This document shows, in pieces, positions 27,036 to 39,005 of a DNA stretch of 64,000 bases. The position numbers were made by a program, and so were the translations under genes. Numbering within the stretch: position 1 is the stretch's first letter; each line of letters begins with the position of its first letter. The DNA comes from Felis catus (lineage: Eukaryota): the NCBI RefSeq assembly GCF_018350175.1, contig NC_058380.1, positions 91,636,001-91,700,000 on the forward strand, given 5' to 3'. The notes beneath the pieces were generated by a model. It searched no databases and was not told where the DNA came from. It saw only the letters and a list, made by a program, of their open reading frames with translations.

Positions 27036-27088
27036 GTCAGCGGGGACGGAGAAGTACTCATTGTCGCTGTGGTCTCAGATACTCACCT

Positions 27089-27095
27089 CTTTATG
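27089..27095 (-). promoter_or_regulatory. LCN12: TATA-like box (CATAAAG) of LCN12
   Basis: About 55 nt upstream of the ATG, same architecture as LCNL1 and PTGDS. Confidence 0.5.
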
Positions 27096-28399
27096 GGCCC
27101 ACCTGGCAGGTGCCCCTCCCCAGGGGTGTGCTCCCGGCACCTTCCTGCTCAGGACTGGCAGAAGAGGTGGGTGCGGAGGGCTTGGGGGTGGGCTGGGCAG
27201 GGGCGGGCCCTCTTCAGATCCCGCCCACCAAAGATGGAGGGCATCTGGGTCCCAGCCCAGGAAGGGAGGTGGGCAGAAAATGGAGGTGCTGGGGGTGCTT
27301 GCTGGGCCCACTAGCTCCCAGGGATGTCTCTGGACCTTGCTTTCTGATTCCTGAGACCCCCAGCTCCACACCTCCTTGGGACCCCTTCCCAGTGTCCCAT
27401 GCCAGTGAGGGGGTCAGAGGCCCGAGGCGCCTCCCTAGCCTAGCCCTACCCTAGCGGCATTGCTGCTACCAGGTGGAGGGCAGAATGTTCCATCCCACAC
27501 AAGGAGCTTGACCTTTTTAGTCCCAAAGGTCAGGGGCACAGTGTTCTGCTGCAGGAACACAGTGTAGAGTCCGGCCTGCCGCCCCCACACCGCTCCGCAG
27601 TCCCTGAAATCACAGTGTGGGGCAAGAACAGGGCCAAGTGGCCCTACAGTCACGGGGGGCAGGGGTAGCGGCGGGTCAGAGTGAGGCCAGAGGTGGTGGG
27701 GTGGCGGGGCAGGCAGCCAGAATACCCAGATAGAGGTGACTGAGGGGCGGATCACAGGGGCCCCTCTGCCAGAGGGAGGGCAGGGGGCAGGAAGCCCCGC
27801 ACACCGGGCCTGGGCGCAAGAGGGCCCAGGCTCTGGGCATGTAGCCCACCTGGCCACCCCTGGAGCAAGGGCCTGGGAAGCAAACAGACATTCCCACATA
27901 GGCAGTCAAGTGCGTCCCCTGTCCTGGGCCACCTCCCCCCGCCCCCCCACCCCCCAGGGCCTCCAGCAGCCTGTCCTGAGGAGGAGGGCCCCAGCCAGGA
28001 CACTTGGAAAGCACCCGTCCCCCAGGGCGAGGAGCCTCATGGCTCTGCTCTGTCCTGGCCCTCACTCTGCATGGAAGGGCATGGGCCGCCTGGTCCTTCC
28101 TCCTCCAGGAGCGAGTCCCATTGCCAGGTGGAGGTCAAGACCTGTCTGGGCCAGCTGCAGGCCCCAGGACAGGGGGAGGGTCAGGGGTCGGGAGGGCTGC
28201 GGCCACCAGCATCTCCTCGAGAACCGAGCCTGCAGGGCAGCACCGCATTCCTTGGGCTCGCTCTGCCCGCTGCTCGGTGTGGCTCTACTACTTGGGGAGA
28301 GGGCCCACAAGGAGCCAAGGTGCAAGTGACCCGTTTTTCCCCGCAACTTCCCAAAGGGATCACCGTCCCACAGAAGCTGGCGTAGCAGCTCCTACGCCT

Positions 28400-29210
28400 G
28401 ACTCCCTGAACGCCTCCCTCCTCGCAGGCGCCGATCTTGCCCTGGGGATCCCGACCCGAGTCTCAGCCCGCCCAACACCCCGCCCAACACCCGAAAGCAG
28501 CCCCCTTGGCGCCCGCGCTCCGGGGAGCCCGGGGGCGGGGCGGCGGCGGTCCCAACGGGGACCCCAGCCCGGCCTTCTCTGGCCACGACGTGCCGGCCGC
28601 AGCGGAGGCCGGGCGGGCCGCTCGGGCCAGCTCTCCCGGACCCCGCCCGCTCCTCCCGGCCTAGGGACCCCCGCGGCGCCCCCGCCACCCGTGCGGCGCG
28701 TCCCAGGCTGCGCGGAGGACGCCGGGAGCCGCCCCGGCGAGGCTCCTCCCACCCCCAATGCGATTGGTCGAGGGTGCGCACGTGACACCGCCCGCCCGCC
28801 GTTTGGGGGGCTGGCCGCAGGTGACCCGAGGGCTGGGGAACCGACCGCCGTCCCCGCAGCCGGGCCCGAGAGGCGGCAGGGTCCGCGGGAACCCCCTCGC
28901 GGCAGCCCCCCCTCCCCGCCGGCCTCCCCAGGAGCCCTCCTGCCGTCCCCCGTCCCCGTCCCGTCCTCTCTTCCACAGCAGGAGCGCCCCCAGCTGCTCC
29001 CCGCTTCTTTCCTCTCTCCCCGAAACCTCGGACGTGGTGCTCTGGGCTCGCTCTTCCCGAGGACGCGGTCCCGGGCGACAGGGACACCGGGGAGGGATGC
29101 TGGAGTCCGGGGATCCCCGAGGTCCTCACCCCGGCCGCGGGCTGGGGTGGGAGCAGCGCTGGGCAGGAGCAGGACGCGCGGAACGACCCCGTGGGACGCC
29201 CCTGCCGTGA
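28400..29210. promoter_or_regulatory. CpG island with paired CCAAT boxes and a GTCACGTG E-box
   Basis: Dense CpG; CCAAT 28755-28759, ATTGG 28763-28767, CACGTG 28779-28784, several GC boxes. Confidence 0.7.
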
Positions 29211-32200
29211 GCTGGAGGGAGGTGGACGGTCCCCTCCGCAGCGAGCCATGTCCAGCCGTGTCCCCACAGGCAGGGACCTGGCCCATCTGCGCCCCCCCCC
29301 CCCCCGAGCTGCTTTGTGAGGCCCGGCGAGCGGAGCCAAGCACAGAGCGTCAACAGTCCCCCCCACAGGGCCAACGGTGTACCTGCCTGTGGGACCGCGG
29401 GCGCTGGGGACCTGGGACACAGCACGCCCCAGTCCCGGCAAGGCCGGTGGGCTCCCAGGACAGTGCTCCTCCTCGAGGCCCCCAACAGCGGCTGCCAATT
29501 TAGTTTATATACGTCTTTTAAAGGTATTTTTTTCTTCTAAGTTATTAAAAATCCTCTTTTAGAATCAAAAGGCAAAATACAAATTATAATTAACATTATT
29601 TTACATAAAAACAATTCACTCAGAACTACAATTATTTCCCGTGCTTTGTGACAATTAGGGTGCATTAAACTTTTTTTTTTTTTTTTTGGAAATAAAATTC
29701 ATGACAACTGAAATCACCACTCCCCAAACCCCCGCTCCCGCCCCCGCAGACCTGCTGTCGGAGACCCGGAGGGACAGCCCGGGCTCTGTGGGACCTCAGC
29801 CCTGGGGTCACTCGGGAGGGTCTCTGGCGCCGCCTTCTGGACGTGCAGCCCTCCCAGAAATCCTGGAGGGAGATCTGTTTGAACCCTCCCACGCCCCAGA
29901 GCAGAGCCCCTCATTTTCTGTCCGGGGGACGTGGGGTGAGGCATGCAGGGTACTCTCTGGGGTAGCGCCAGCTCCAAGCTACGGCCCATGTGATACAGGT
30001 GCACTGTATCCAGCTCTGCTGTGGATCTCTGGGATGTGGGGCATGTGGGGAGGCTACAGTTTCCTTTGCCCTCCTCCCTCAAAATCCTGGGGGCCAGGGC
30101 TCCCCGCTTCCCCCTCTTCTCTCAGCCCTCTCTCTCTGTCTTCCTGGGAGTCTGGCATCAAGACACATTGGGTGGGCAACCCCCAGTCTGCGGAGTCAGG
30201 CGTGGTCCCCACCCACTGCAGACATGGAGCCCCCAGAGGGTTGCGGCTGGCTCCTCCCAGTAACTGCCCACCCTCCTGGTCTGGACTGGGCCAGTGGACC
30301 GAGTAGGCATGTAGAGATGGGACCAGACAGTGGTCCTCCTGCTCTGTGGCCTACAGCTCACCTGGGATGGCCTGGTCCCCAGCCCCAGTTCCCGGCAGCC
30401 CGGGGAAGGAGGCCACTGGGGGCGAAGGGAGGAAAGGGGGGCTAGGGTGGGGGGCCCAGCTCCCAGGTGACCCCTCAGCCTCACCATCAGCCAGTGGCAA
30501 GCTCTAGACAGGGCGCTGCCCTGCCTCTGTGCCCGGGGCCGGGCGGGTACTTCAGAAGCACTCATCAGGTGGACGCCTCGAGGGTCCCAAGACGGGAGGC
30601 TTGGCACTGGTTCCAGGCCCAGCTTTGGCCAAGTTAATGTCCGTTTTCCTGGCTTTCCAGCCCCAGCCTGGCTCCAGCCTGGGGCTGCCATTTGCCCTCA
30701 GACCCCCCCCCAAGTACTGGAGGGGTGCCCCCTCCCACGCTGTCCTTGTTCCCAGGGGACTGTGGGGGGCAGAGGAGTGAGGGGTGCACGTTTCTCCGGG
30801 ATGGGAAACGTTCAGCCGGAAGCACCCCAGGGTGCTGACTCACAGACACGGGGGCCTGGATCTCGCCCAGTGAAGCTTAGGGAGGCCGCCCACCGAGGGG
30901 AGTAGAAGGAGAAAGCCGGCCTCCCACGGAGGAGGTGTCCTCAGAGCCCAGAGACACCATCCCGGAGCAGGACGCCCACAGACCCCTCAGGCACAGGGTG
31001 GGCATGTGTGAGGCCACAGCACCCTCCCCCCAAGTCATTTGACCTGCTGAAACTGGCCAGTGTCCTCCAGCAAAAGGAGAAGACGGTTTAGCAACATGGG
31101 GGGAGGGGGGTGCTGAATGCGGCTGTAATAATCCGGACAGTGTTCTCACCAGCAGGGGCAGAGCAGAGTCTAGGCCCAGCCCGCTAGGCCCCTGGCACCG
31201 GGTGGTATCCACAGCTCCCTCCCTTAGCCGCAGGGCACCTGTCCCCCAGCCCCGTGGGACCTACGCCCCCGCCCCCGGGGTCCTGGCCTGGGGGGAGAGC
31301 TGCATGTGGGGTGACTCAACACTTCGTTTTCTTTCGAGTGCCCTGTGGCTTCCTGAACTGACCTCGAGGGTCAGTCTTCCCAGTCCCGATTCTTCTCTTT
31401 CAGGGATGTCCTCACTTCTGAGAACCCGCAGTGAGAGACGCCCCGGTGTGTGGAAAGGATGCGCAGTCTACCCTGGGGGGCAGTGAGGAGGCAGACCCTC
31501 CTCGGGGCTCGATGTCCCCCCCCCCCCCCCGACAGTCTGGCATCGCTCGGAAGGGCCCCTGCAGGCAGCCATTGTGTGGGGGACACATCATTACCCCATT
31601 TTCAGCCCCTCCCTCCCCCTGCCTAAATCTCCCACTGGCCTTGGAGTTCCCACATTCCGGAAAGATCTTCCCTACAGAGCAAAGCCCACCCATCCTCCTG
31701 GTTCCTGGTGACCGTGCTCAGACCCTGGGTGTGGGCTCCCTCCCTTGTACGCCAAGCTCCCGGGCTCACCCCAATCCTAGCACACGAATCAGGCTGGCCT
31801 GCTTTCTCCGTTTCCCACTCCTTATTCTCCCTGCCTGGCCACCCTCGTGATCTCCGCACCCCCCCTACCCCGGGCGCCTAGCTGCCCCATGCCAGGGCTC
31901 GGCCCCAGGTGGTCCGTGCTGTGCCGCATCTACGCTTGCCAGCCCTCAGGGGGCAGCCACGGGGACAGCCCCGCCTCCCGACTAAGACGGATACCAGCTC
32001 ATCCCAGACCCAGGCACCACATCCAGGAACCCGGAGGGGGTCTGCCCTGCGCCTCTGCGGTGGCTGTCCTGTCCCAGGAGGGAGCTCCGGGTCAGCACGA
32101 GTAGGAGAACCTGTGGACAGAGCTCCTCAGCCCTCTAGAAAAGGCTCCCCAACATCTGAGCAGGGGGCAGGCTCAGGACCTGGGCCCACCCAGGGCAGCC

Positions 32201-32450
32201 CAGTAAGACCAGCAGGGCACGAGCGCTTAGACACAGGGACCAGGGAAGGGGAGCTGGGACGGCGGTGCAGGGGGCCCAACGAAGCAGAGGAGACCAGGGC
32301 ACAGGGACAGCAGGGCACGGCGCTCTCCTCTCCAGCCCACCCCGGGAGCAGTGCCACTTGCCCACGAGATGATGGGCAGAGGGAGGCCCGGGTCCAGGTC
32401 CGACATGGAAAGGAAGGAAAGGGAGGAATCAGGGGCCAGGACAGACAGCG

Positions 32451-32456
32451 TTTAAT
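32451..32456 (-). terminator. C8G: C8G polyadenylation signal (ATTAAA)
   Basis: ATTAAA on the minus strand about 160 nt after the stop codon. Confidence 0.65.
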
Positions 32457-32616
32457 GAAAGCAGTGCCCCTGCGCTCCCGTGGGCGGTGCGCAGCTCCAG
32501 TCCCCGCTGGGTGGCCCTGCCCCGCGGGGTGCCGGGGCTCAGTGAATGAATGGGGCAGCGGGGGCCATCACCTTCAGGGTCTTCACTCCTTCCGAGTTCA
32601 GGGCTGCCCCCTGGAC

Positions 32617-33974
32617 TCACCTCCTCACTTCTGGGGCACAGAGACGAGACTCAGCCAGAGAGGGAGGGGCGGGTGGGCGGGTGCCCTCCCCTCACCACCC
32701 ACCAGCACTGCCCACTCACCATCCAGGACGTGGAACTGGTCTGCGGCCTCGCAGAAACCTGAGGGTCCAGGCAGGGGTCAGGAGTGGCTGGGGCCGGGCA
32801 CAAGGCGGGAGGGCGAGGCAGGCCACTGGGGGCCTGGAGGGAGGCTTACCATACTTGGGGAAGAACAAGATCTGGTCCTCGGTCAGGTTGGCCCTCTGGA
32901 TCCGCTGCTCGAATGCACTCAGGGCCGCGTCACTCGGGGGGAGTGAGCGGGCTGTGGGGCACACGGGGCTCCTGGGCACGTGGTGAGGGAGCAGGCAGGG
33001 CACGCCGGGCCTAGGGTCTGTGTGCTTGGGGCGCACCCACCCACCCCTCCTCCCCGTCCCCTCTGTCCCCACACGCGGGCCTATGTGCGGGGGCTCCTCC
33101 CTCGACCCCTGCTCAGCTGGAGAGAATCAGAATACAGGGAGGCAGGGAGGGTCTGTGTGTCCATCTGGGCCGCCCCACACGGATGGCCCCGAGCGTGCGC
33201 AAAGCTCGGGCTCCCGCGTGGACGCACCGTACAGCTTCACCGACAGCTGCCGCGCCCGCTCCAGGTACAGGATGGCGAAGCCTCGGTAGTCTGTCTCCCC
33301 GACGACCACGTCTACCGGCCCACGGGCACCTCGGGCTGGGCAATGCTGAGTCAGCTGAGGCAGTTTCTGACCCCCAGCCCTGCACCCCCTCCCATGTCCT
33401 CCCCTCACCTTGGAGCAGGAAATGCCCCGCGACTCCTGTGTCTCTGTAGAGCTGCCGTACCTGCCAGCAGATCCCATCCCTGGGGGGGGGGGGGGGGGAA
33501 GGGGGGCAGTTAGCAGGGCAGGATTAAGGACCCCAACCCGGGCAGCGCCTCACAGGACTCTGGTCCAGGCCAGAGAAAAGCTGGGATCAGGGTCAGGGGT
33601 CTGTCCTGGGGACTCACAGCTTCCGGAAGGTGCTGACGGCCATGGCTGCACCCTGGGGAGCCACACGCAGTGCGGTGGCCTCAGCCCGGTGGCCCTGCTC
33701 CTGCAGGAAGCGGCACGAGGAGGCCACCGCCACAAGGAGCCACGTTCCTGCAAACTAGGGGCAAGTCACGTGAGAACACAAGGCGATGACCCCTGAAAAG
33801 CGAGATGAGTTCCCGCCCACCCACCTGTCCCTCTACCTGCTGAACATCAAAGTTGGCCTTCGGCTGGATAGTGCTGATGGGAGACGCGGGTCGAGGGGGT
33901 CTCCGAGCCCTCCTGCTCAGGGAGCCCCCAGCCAGGAGCAGAGTCAAGAGGAGAGCAGTCCTGGGGGTCAGCAT
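32617..33974 (-). CDS. C8G: Complement component C8 gamma chain, 202 aa
   Basis: Exons 33974-33837, 33754-33618, 33479-33409, 33335-33228, 32951-32850, 32758-32720, 32630-32617; 609 nt. Protein [19 protein letters not shown]...[42 protein letters not shown]...[14 protein letters not shown]...[21 protein letters not shown]. Confidence 0.97.
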
Positions 33975-34027
33975 GGCAGTGGCAGTGACCAGAGTGGGGG
34001 AGGCCCAGGGCAGGACGGCCAAGCCCT

Positions 34028-34040
34028 GGGTCAGAGTCCA
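34028..34040 (+). promoter_or_regulatory. HNF4/DR1-type element in the C8G proximal promoter
   Basis: GGGTCA-G-AGTCCA, one mismatch from the HNF4A consensus GGGTCAAAGTCCA, about 54 nt upstream of the C8G ATG. Confidence 0.55.
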
Positions 34041-34259
34041 CTGACCAGTGTCGCCCGGAAGCCTGGCACAGGAAGTCCGCGTCGGCCCACCTCCAGCCTT
34101 ACCAAGCACCCTGCCCTCCCCCTCGCCCCCAGCAAGAGTCCACCCCTAGCCTCCTCGACTCTGCACTTCCTGGGAGGGCCCTGGCTCCATATCCTGCTTA
34201 CAGAGTCCTAGTTGACCTCTGGTTCTTTGTCCATGACCCCCTAACCCAGGGCCCCAGCC

Positions 34260-34920
34260 GCTGCCAGCGGCAGCGCCAGGTCTCGAACCCGCGTTCTACA
34301 GCGAGCATAGGTCTCGGCCCCGCCCACTGGCTGCCGTGCAAGGCCGCCGCCCCTCCCGGCCGCCTGGGGCGCTGTTTCGAGCGAGCTCGGTGCGCGCAGG
34401 CGCAGCAACTGCCGATGCAGGCTGCCGGGTGCTCGGCGTTCGGCGGCTATCGATGCCTCAGGGCTCGAGGCGTCAGCCTGGCGGGCTCCATCATAGAGAC
34501 GCGGCGGCAGGAGCGGCGGGGCGGAAGCGGGTCCGCCGGCCGAGGCCGGGCGCCGGGCCGGGGGCTGCACAGCCGGGCAGAGGCGGCCGCGGTGAGTGCG
34601 CCCGGCCGCGGGGAGCGTCGTCATCCGGCCCCGGCCCCCGAACCCCGTCTCCCCGGCCCCGAGGAGCGTCGCAAACCGGCCGCGTCCGGTCTCCGGCTCC
34701 TTGCCCTCCCCCGCCCCCCCATCCCCCAGTCTCCGGCCCCTCGGCCTCGGCCGCGCCCTCTGCCGATGAATGTGTCGCAGAAGCCGCCGCGCCGGGACCG
34801 GGGGCCGAGCCGAGGCCCCGCCCCCGGCAGCCCCTCGGAAGGAGGGTGGGAGGGGACGTTGGCAGCCCCCGCCCCGCCCACAGCTCGCCGGGCAGTGGCC
34901 GCGCTGGCCCGCTGACCGCC
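34260..34920 (+). promoter_or_regulatory. FBXW5: FBXW5 CpG-island promoter and non-coding exon 1 (donor after 34591)
   Basis: Dense CpG, ETS motif GGCGGAAGC at about 34521, donor GCG|GTGAGT; exon 2 acceptor tttcag ends at 35561. Confidence 0.75.
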
Positions 34921-35584
34921 TGGCAGGGCTCCCTTAGACCACAAGGCACAGGCCAAGGGCCGGCTGGTGCCCCTGGCGGCGTCTGGGGCGGGCTGTCTGG
35001 TCCTCGTCCCACCGGCCCCAGCTTCTTCTCGGAAGGATCTCTGTCCCAAGCTGACAGCTCTGAAGCCTTGGGTCTACAAGGTCAGAGTGACTGGAGTGCG
35101 TGCGGGTCACCGGTTCTTCGTGTCTTGGCCTCTGAACAGTCACCGGCCTAGGCGTCCACATGTCTCTCTGGGCCCATGAGCGGGAGGTCGCCAGAGGGCC
35201 CCACCCAGAAGGCCAGTGCCCCAGACCAAGACCCTTCTGGGGTTGAGATCAGATCTGGGGCCCAGAGGGGCCGCCCCATACTCCCACTTCAGGCTGGACC
35301 AGGCCAGGAGGTGCTGGGAGGGGTCTGCTGCCCTCCCAGAAGCTGCCTGTTCCAGAGGATCACTAGGACTTGGCGGGGTCCCGTCACGAGTGTGGGGTCA
35401 GGGGGCTTGGGGAAGCTGTGGGATCCTTAGCCAGGTGGGCAGTGTCAGCTGGCCCCCTGCACACTGTCAGCGCCGTGGGATTCCCAGCAGGGCAGTCGCC
35501 CCAGCCCGGGTCCCTTCCCACAGTGCGACTGGCAACTAAGGGGACCGCGTGTGGGTTTCAGGGCTGCCCGGGCAGAATGTCACA

Positions 35585-38509
35585 ATGGACGAGGGGGGTG
35601 CGCCCCTGCTCCCTGACAGCCTCGTCTACCAGATCTTCCTGAGCTTGGGCCCGGCCGACGTGCTTGCTGCTGGGCTGGTGTGCCGCCAGTGGCATGCCGT
35701 GTCCCGGGATGAGTTCCTGTGGAGGGAGCAGTTCTACCGCTACTACCAGGTGGCCCGCGACGTGCCCCGGCACCCAGGTCAGGGCCTGCACGTGGCCCCA
35801 TGGTCCACCAGGCTGGCTGGGCGGGAGACAGGGCCATTCACATGCTGCCATCTGGACCACATGCTGCCATGTGGACCATCTGAAGCCACCACGCTGGCCC
35901 CCCACCGCCCAGATCTGCACAGCGGTCACCAAGGCACCATGTGGCCCGCACACGGACGGGGGACAGCCAGTCCATCCCTGAGCACAGAGCCTGGTGGGGG
36001 GCGGTGCGGGGGGGGCAGCCCTGCAGCTGAGATGACTAGCGTCCTCCAGGAGCAGGGCTGGCCCCCATGCTCTCTGGGTGGCTGGCCTCTGTGGGAAAGG
36101 AGGCTCAGGGCCCCAGCAGTGACTGACCCCCCCCCCCCCGCCCCCAGCGGCCACATCCTGGTATGAAGAGTTTCGGCGGCTCTACGACACGGTGCCCTGC
36201 GTGGAAGTGCAGACGCTCAAGGAGCACACGGACCAGGTCCTGCACCTCAGCTTCTCGCACTCCGGCTACCAGTTTGCTTCCTGCTCCAAGGACTGCACGG
36301 TGAAGGTGAGCCCAGCCCGCCAGGGAGCAGCATCTCCGCCAGGACCTGGGGCTCATAGGACGGAGGCGGGTGGGGGGCCCTCACTGCTAATGGAGAGTGA
36401 GGAGCCCGACCCTGTGGACCCACACACCTCGGGTCTGCTGGCAGCCTGGGGCAAGGAGCAACATCCCAGTGGTGGTTTCTGGGCACGAGCTCAGCTGGGA
36501 GAGGGGCCTGCAGCATGGGCCCCCGTGTCACGTGCAGGGTGGGCACAAGAGGCCCCTAGATGACTGAGCCCCCACGCAGATCTGGAACAACGACCTGACC
36601 GTCTCGCTGCTGCACAGCGCGGACATGCGGCCCTATAACTGGAGCTACACCCAGTTCTCCCAGTTCAACCAGGACGACTCGCTGCTGCTGGCGTCCGGGG
36701 TGTTCCTGGGGCCCCACAACTCTTCGTCTGGTGAGATCGCAGTCATCAGCCTAGGTGAGAGCCGGCCTGGGGTGGGCGGGCTGTCTCGGCCAACCCCGCC
36801 CCGCCCCCACGAGGCCCCGCCCCCAGGAGGCCCCGCGCCTCACAGCCCGGTCCCCGCTTCCGCCCCTCCCAGACAACTTCGCCCTGCTGTCCCGAGTGCG
36901 CAACAAGCCATACGACGTGTTTGGCTGCTGGCTCACGGAGACCAGCCTGATCTCGGGAAACCTGCACCGCATCGGAGACATTACCTCCTGCTCAGTGCTC
37001 TGGCTCAACAACGCCTTCCAGGTGCGGGCGCGTGTGCCCCCTGCGGCTGTCGCCTCCTCGGCCTGCTGCCCACCTGCTGTCTCCCACCCCCAGGACGTGG
37101 AGTCCGAGAACGTCAACGTGGTAAAGCGGCTCTTCAAGATCCAGAACCTTAACGCCAGCACCATCCGCACAGTGATGGTGGCCGACTGCAGCCGCTTCGA
37201 CAGCCCGGACCTCCTGCTGGATGACGGTGCCACCCCCGGCCGCGTCTTCGACCTGGGCGGCGACAGTGAGGACGAGGCGGTGGGCCCGGGGCCGGCTCCG
37301 GCCCGCACCAAGGAGGGCTTGCGGCGCTTCCTGGACGGGCTCCTGGACGGGCGGGCGCAGCCCCAGCTGTCAGAGCACGCGCTGGAGACACAGGTGGCCG
37401 AGCTGCTGGCCCAGGGCCGCACCAAGCCCCCCGAGCACAGCACAGCCGCTGCCCGCAAGCTCCTCGTCTTCACCACGGGCTGCCTCACCTACTCGCCGCA
37501 CCAGATCGGTAGTGGGGGCAGGCCCTCCCCAGTCGCTGGAGCCGGGGCGGGGGGAGGGACGGCGAGGCTTCCCTGCAGACTGGGGGGGAGGGGGGAGGCC
37601 AGGGTCCCGTGGCCACGCAGGGAGCGAGACTGGGGGGCCCAGCCGCGCTTCAGCCTCCCGGACGGTGTGTTCCGTGGGGGCCTCTGATTCAGATGTGCTC
37701 CCGGTGCCGAGGTGACGCCGCTCCCCTCGCCCGGCGCCCCCGCAGGCATTAAGCAGATCCTGCCACACCAGATGACCACAGCCGGGCCGGTGCTGGGTGA
37801 GGGGCGGGGCTCAGATGCCTTCTTTGATGCCCTGGACCACGTCATCGACGTGCACGGACACATCATCGGCATGGGCTTGTCCCCGGACAACAGGTGGGCC
37901 CCCGAGAGTGTCCTGGGGTGAGGGGTGCTCTGCAGGCCCCTGGTACCAAGCAGCGTGCCCCTTGCCCAGGTATCTGTACGTGAACAGCCGAGCCTGGCCG
38001 AGCGGTTCTGTGGTGGCCGACCCCATGCAGCCACCGCCCATCGCAGAGGAGATCGACCTGCTGGTGTTTGACCTCAAGACCATGCGGGAGGTGAAGCGGG
38101 CTCTGCGGGCCCACCGCGCCTACACACCCAACGACCAGTGCTTCTTCATCTTCCTGGATGTCAGCAGGGACTTCGTGGCCAGGTAGTGGCGCGGGCCGGG
38201 GCCGGGGCCGGGCCGGGCCGGGTCGGGTGTGGTGGGCGGGGGGCTCACGCCAGGCTCTCCCGCAGCGGGGCCGAAGACCGGCACGGCTACATCTGGGACC
38301 GGCACTACAACATCTGCCTGGCGAAGCTGCGGCACCAGGACGTGGTCAACTCTGTGGTCTTCAGCCCCCAGGAGCAGGAGCTCCTGCTGACGGCCAGCGA
38401 CGACGCCACCATCAAAGCCTGGCGTTCGCCGCGCACCGTGCGCATCCACCAGGCCCCGCGTCCTCGTCCCCACCCGTTTTTCTCCTGGTTTGCCAGCCAG
38501 AAGCGCTGA
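35585..38509 (+). CDS. FBXW5: F-box/WD repeat-containing protein 5, 564 aa
   Basis: Exons 35585-35777, 36148-36305, 36580-36754, 36873-37021, 37094-37508, 37746-37893, 37970-38182, 38266-38509; 1695 nt. F-box MDEGGAPLLPDSLVYQIFLSL..., WD40 repeats (HTDQVLHLSFSHSGYQFASCSKDCTVKIW; HQDVVNSVVFSP...ASDDATIKAW), ends FFSWFASQKR*. Confidence 0.97.
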
Positions 38510-38999
38510 GGGGGGCGCTGGCCGACCGGAGCGTCCCGGGTGTCCTTGGGCCGCCGGGACCCGCCGAAGACGCCAGAGGCCTACAGCCCCTTCCCAAGGG
38601 TCCGGACGCCGCCCAGACCGTGCGGTGCGCAGAGAAGCCGGGAACAGAACTGCCTCAGGGAGGGGGTTCGGCGGGGCTGCAGACCGGGCAGCCTGACCCC
38701 CGCCCGCCACGCTCACACCTCACGCCACCTCCCACGGCCATGACGTCCAGCACCGGGGCAGCCTCCTGGCTGGCGTGGGATGCGCCGGACGCTGGGGGCC
38801 CCACCCTTCACCCACTCTTTTTCCCCAGGGCCTGGGTCCTGGGGCCGTCAGCACCACACATGACCCGTGGCTCGCCCCGTGCGCCCGGAGCGGTGTTTCC
38901 TCAGGGAATCGGTCTGTGCGGCAGCGGGGCCGACAGCACGGGTCAGTCCGCCGTGGGCCCAGGCAAACTGCATGTCACCGATCACCCGTTTGGGGCCCA

Positions 39000-39005
39000 A
39001 ATAAA
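39000..39005 (+). terminator. FBXW5: FBXW5 polyadenylation signal
   Basis: AATAAA about 490 nt after the stop codon, followed by GT-rich sequence. Confidence 0.7.

Noticed and set aside
28004-29503. 499-aa ORF and overlapping antisense ORFs of 327 and 368 aa
   Set aside because: Pro/Arg/Gly/Ala-rich low-complexity translation of a CpG island, open on both strands, no recognisable domain
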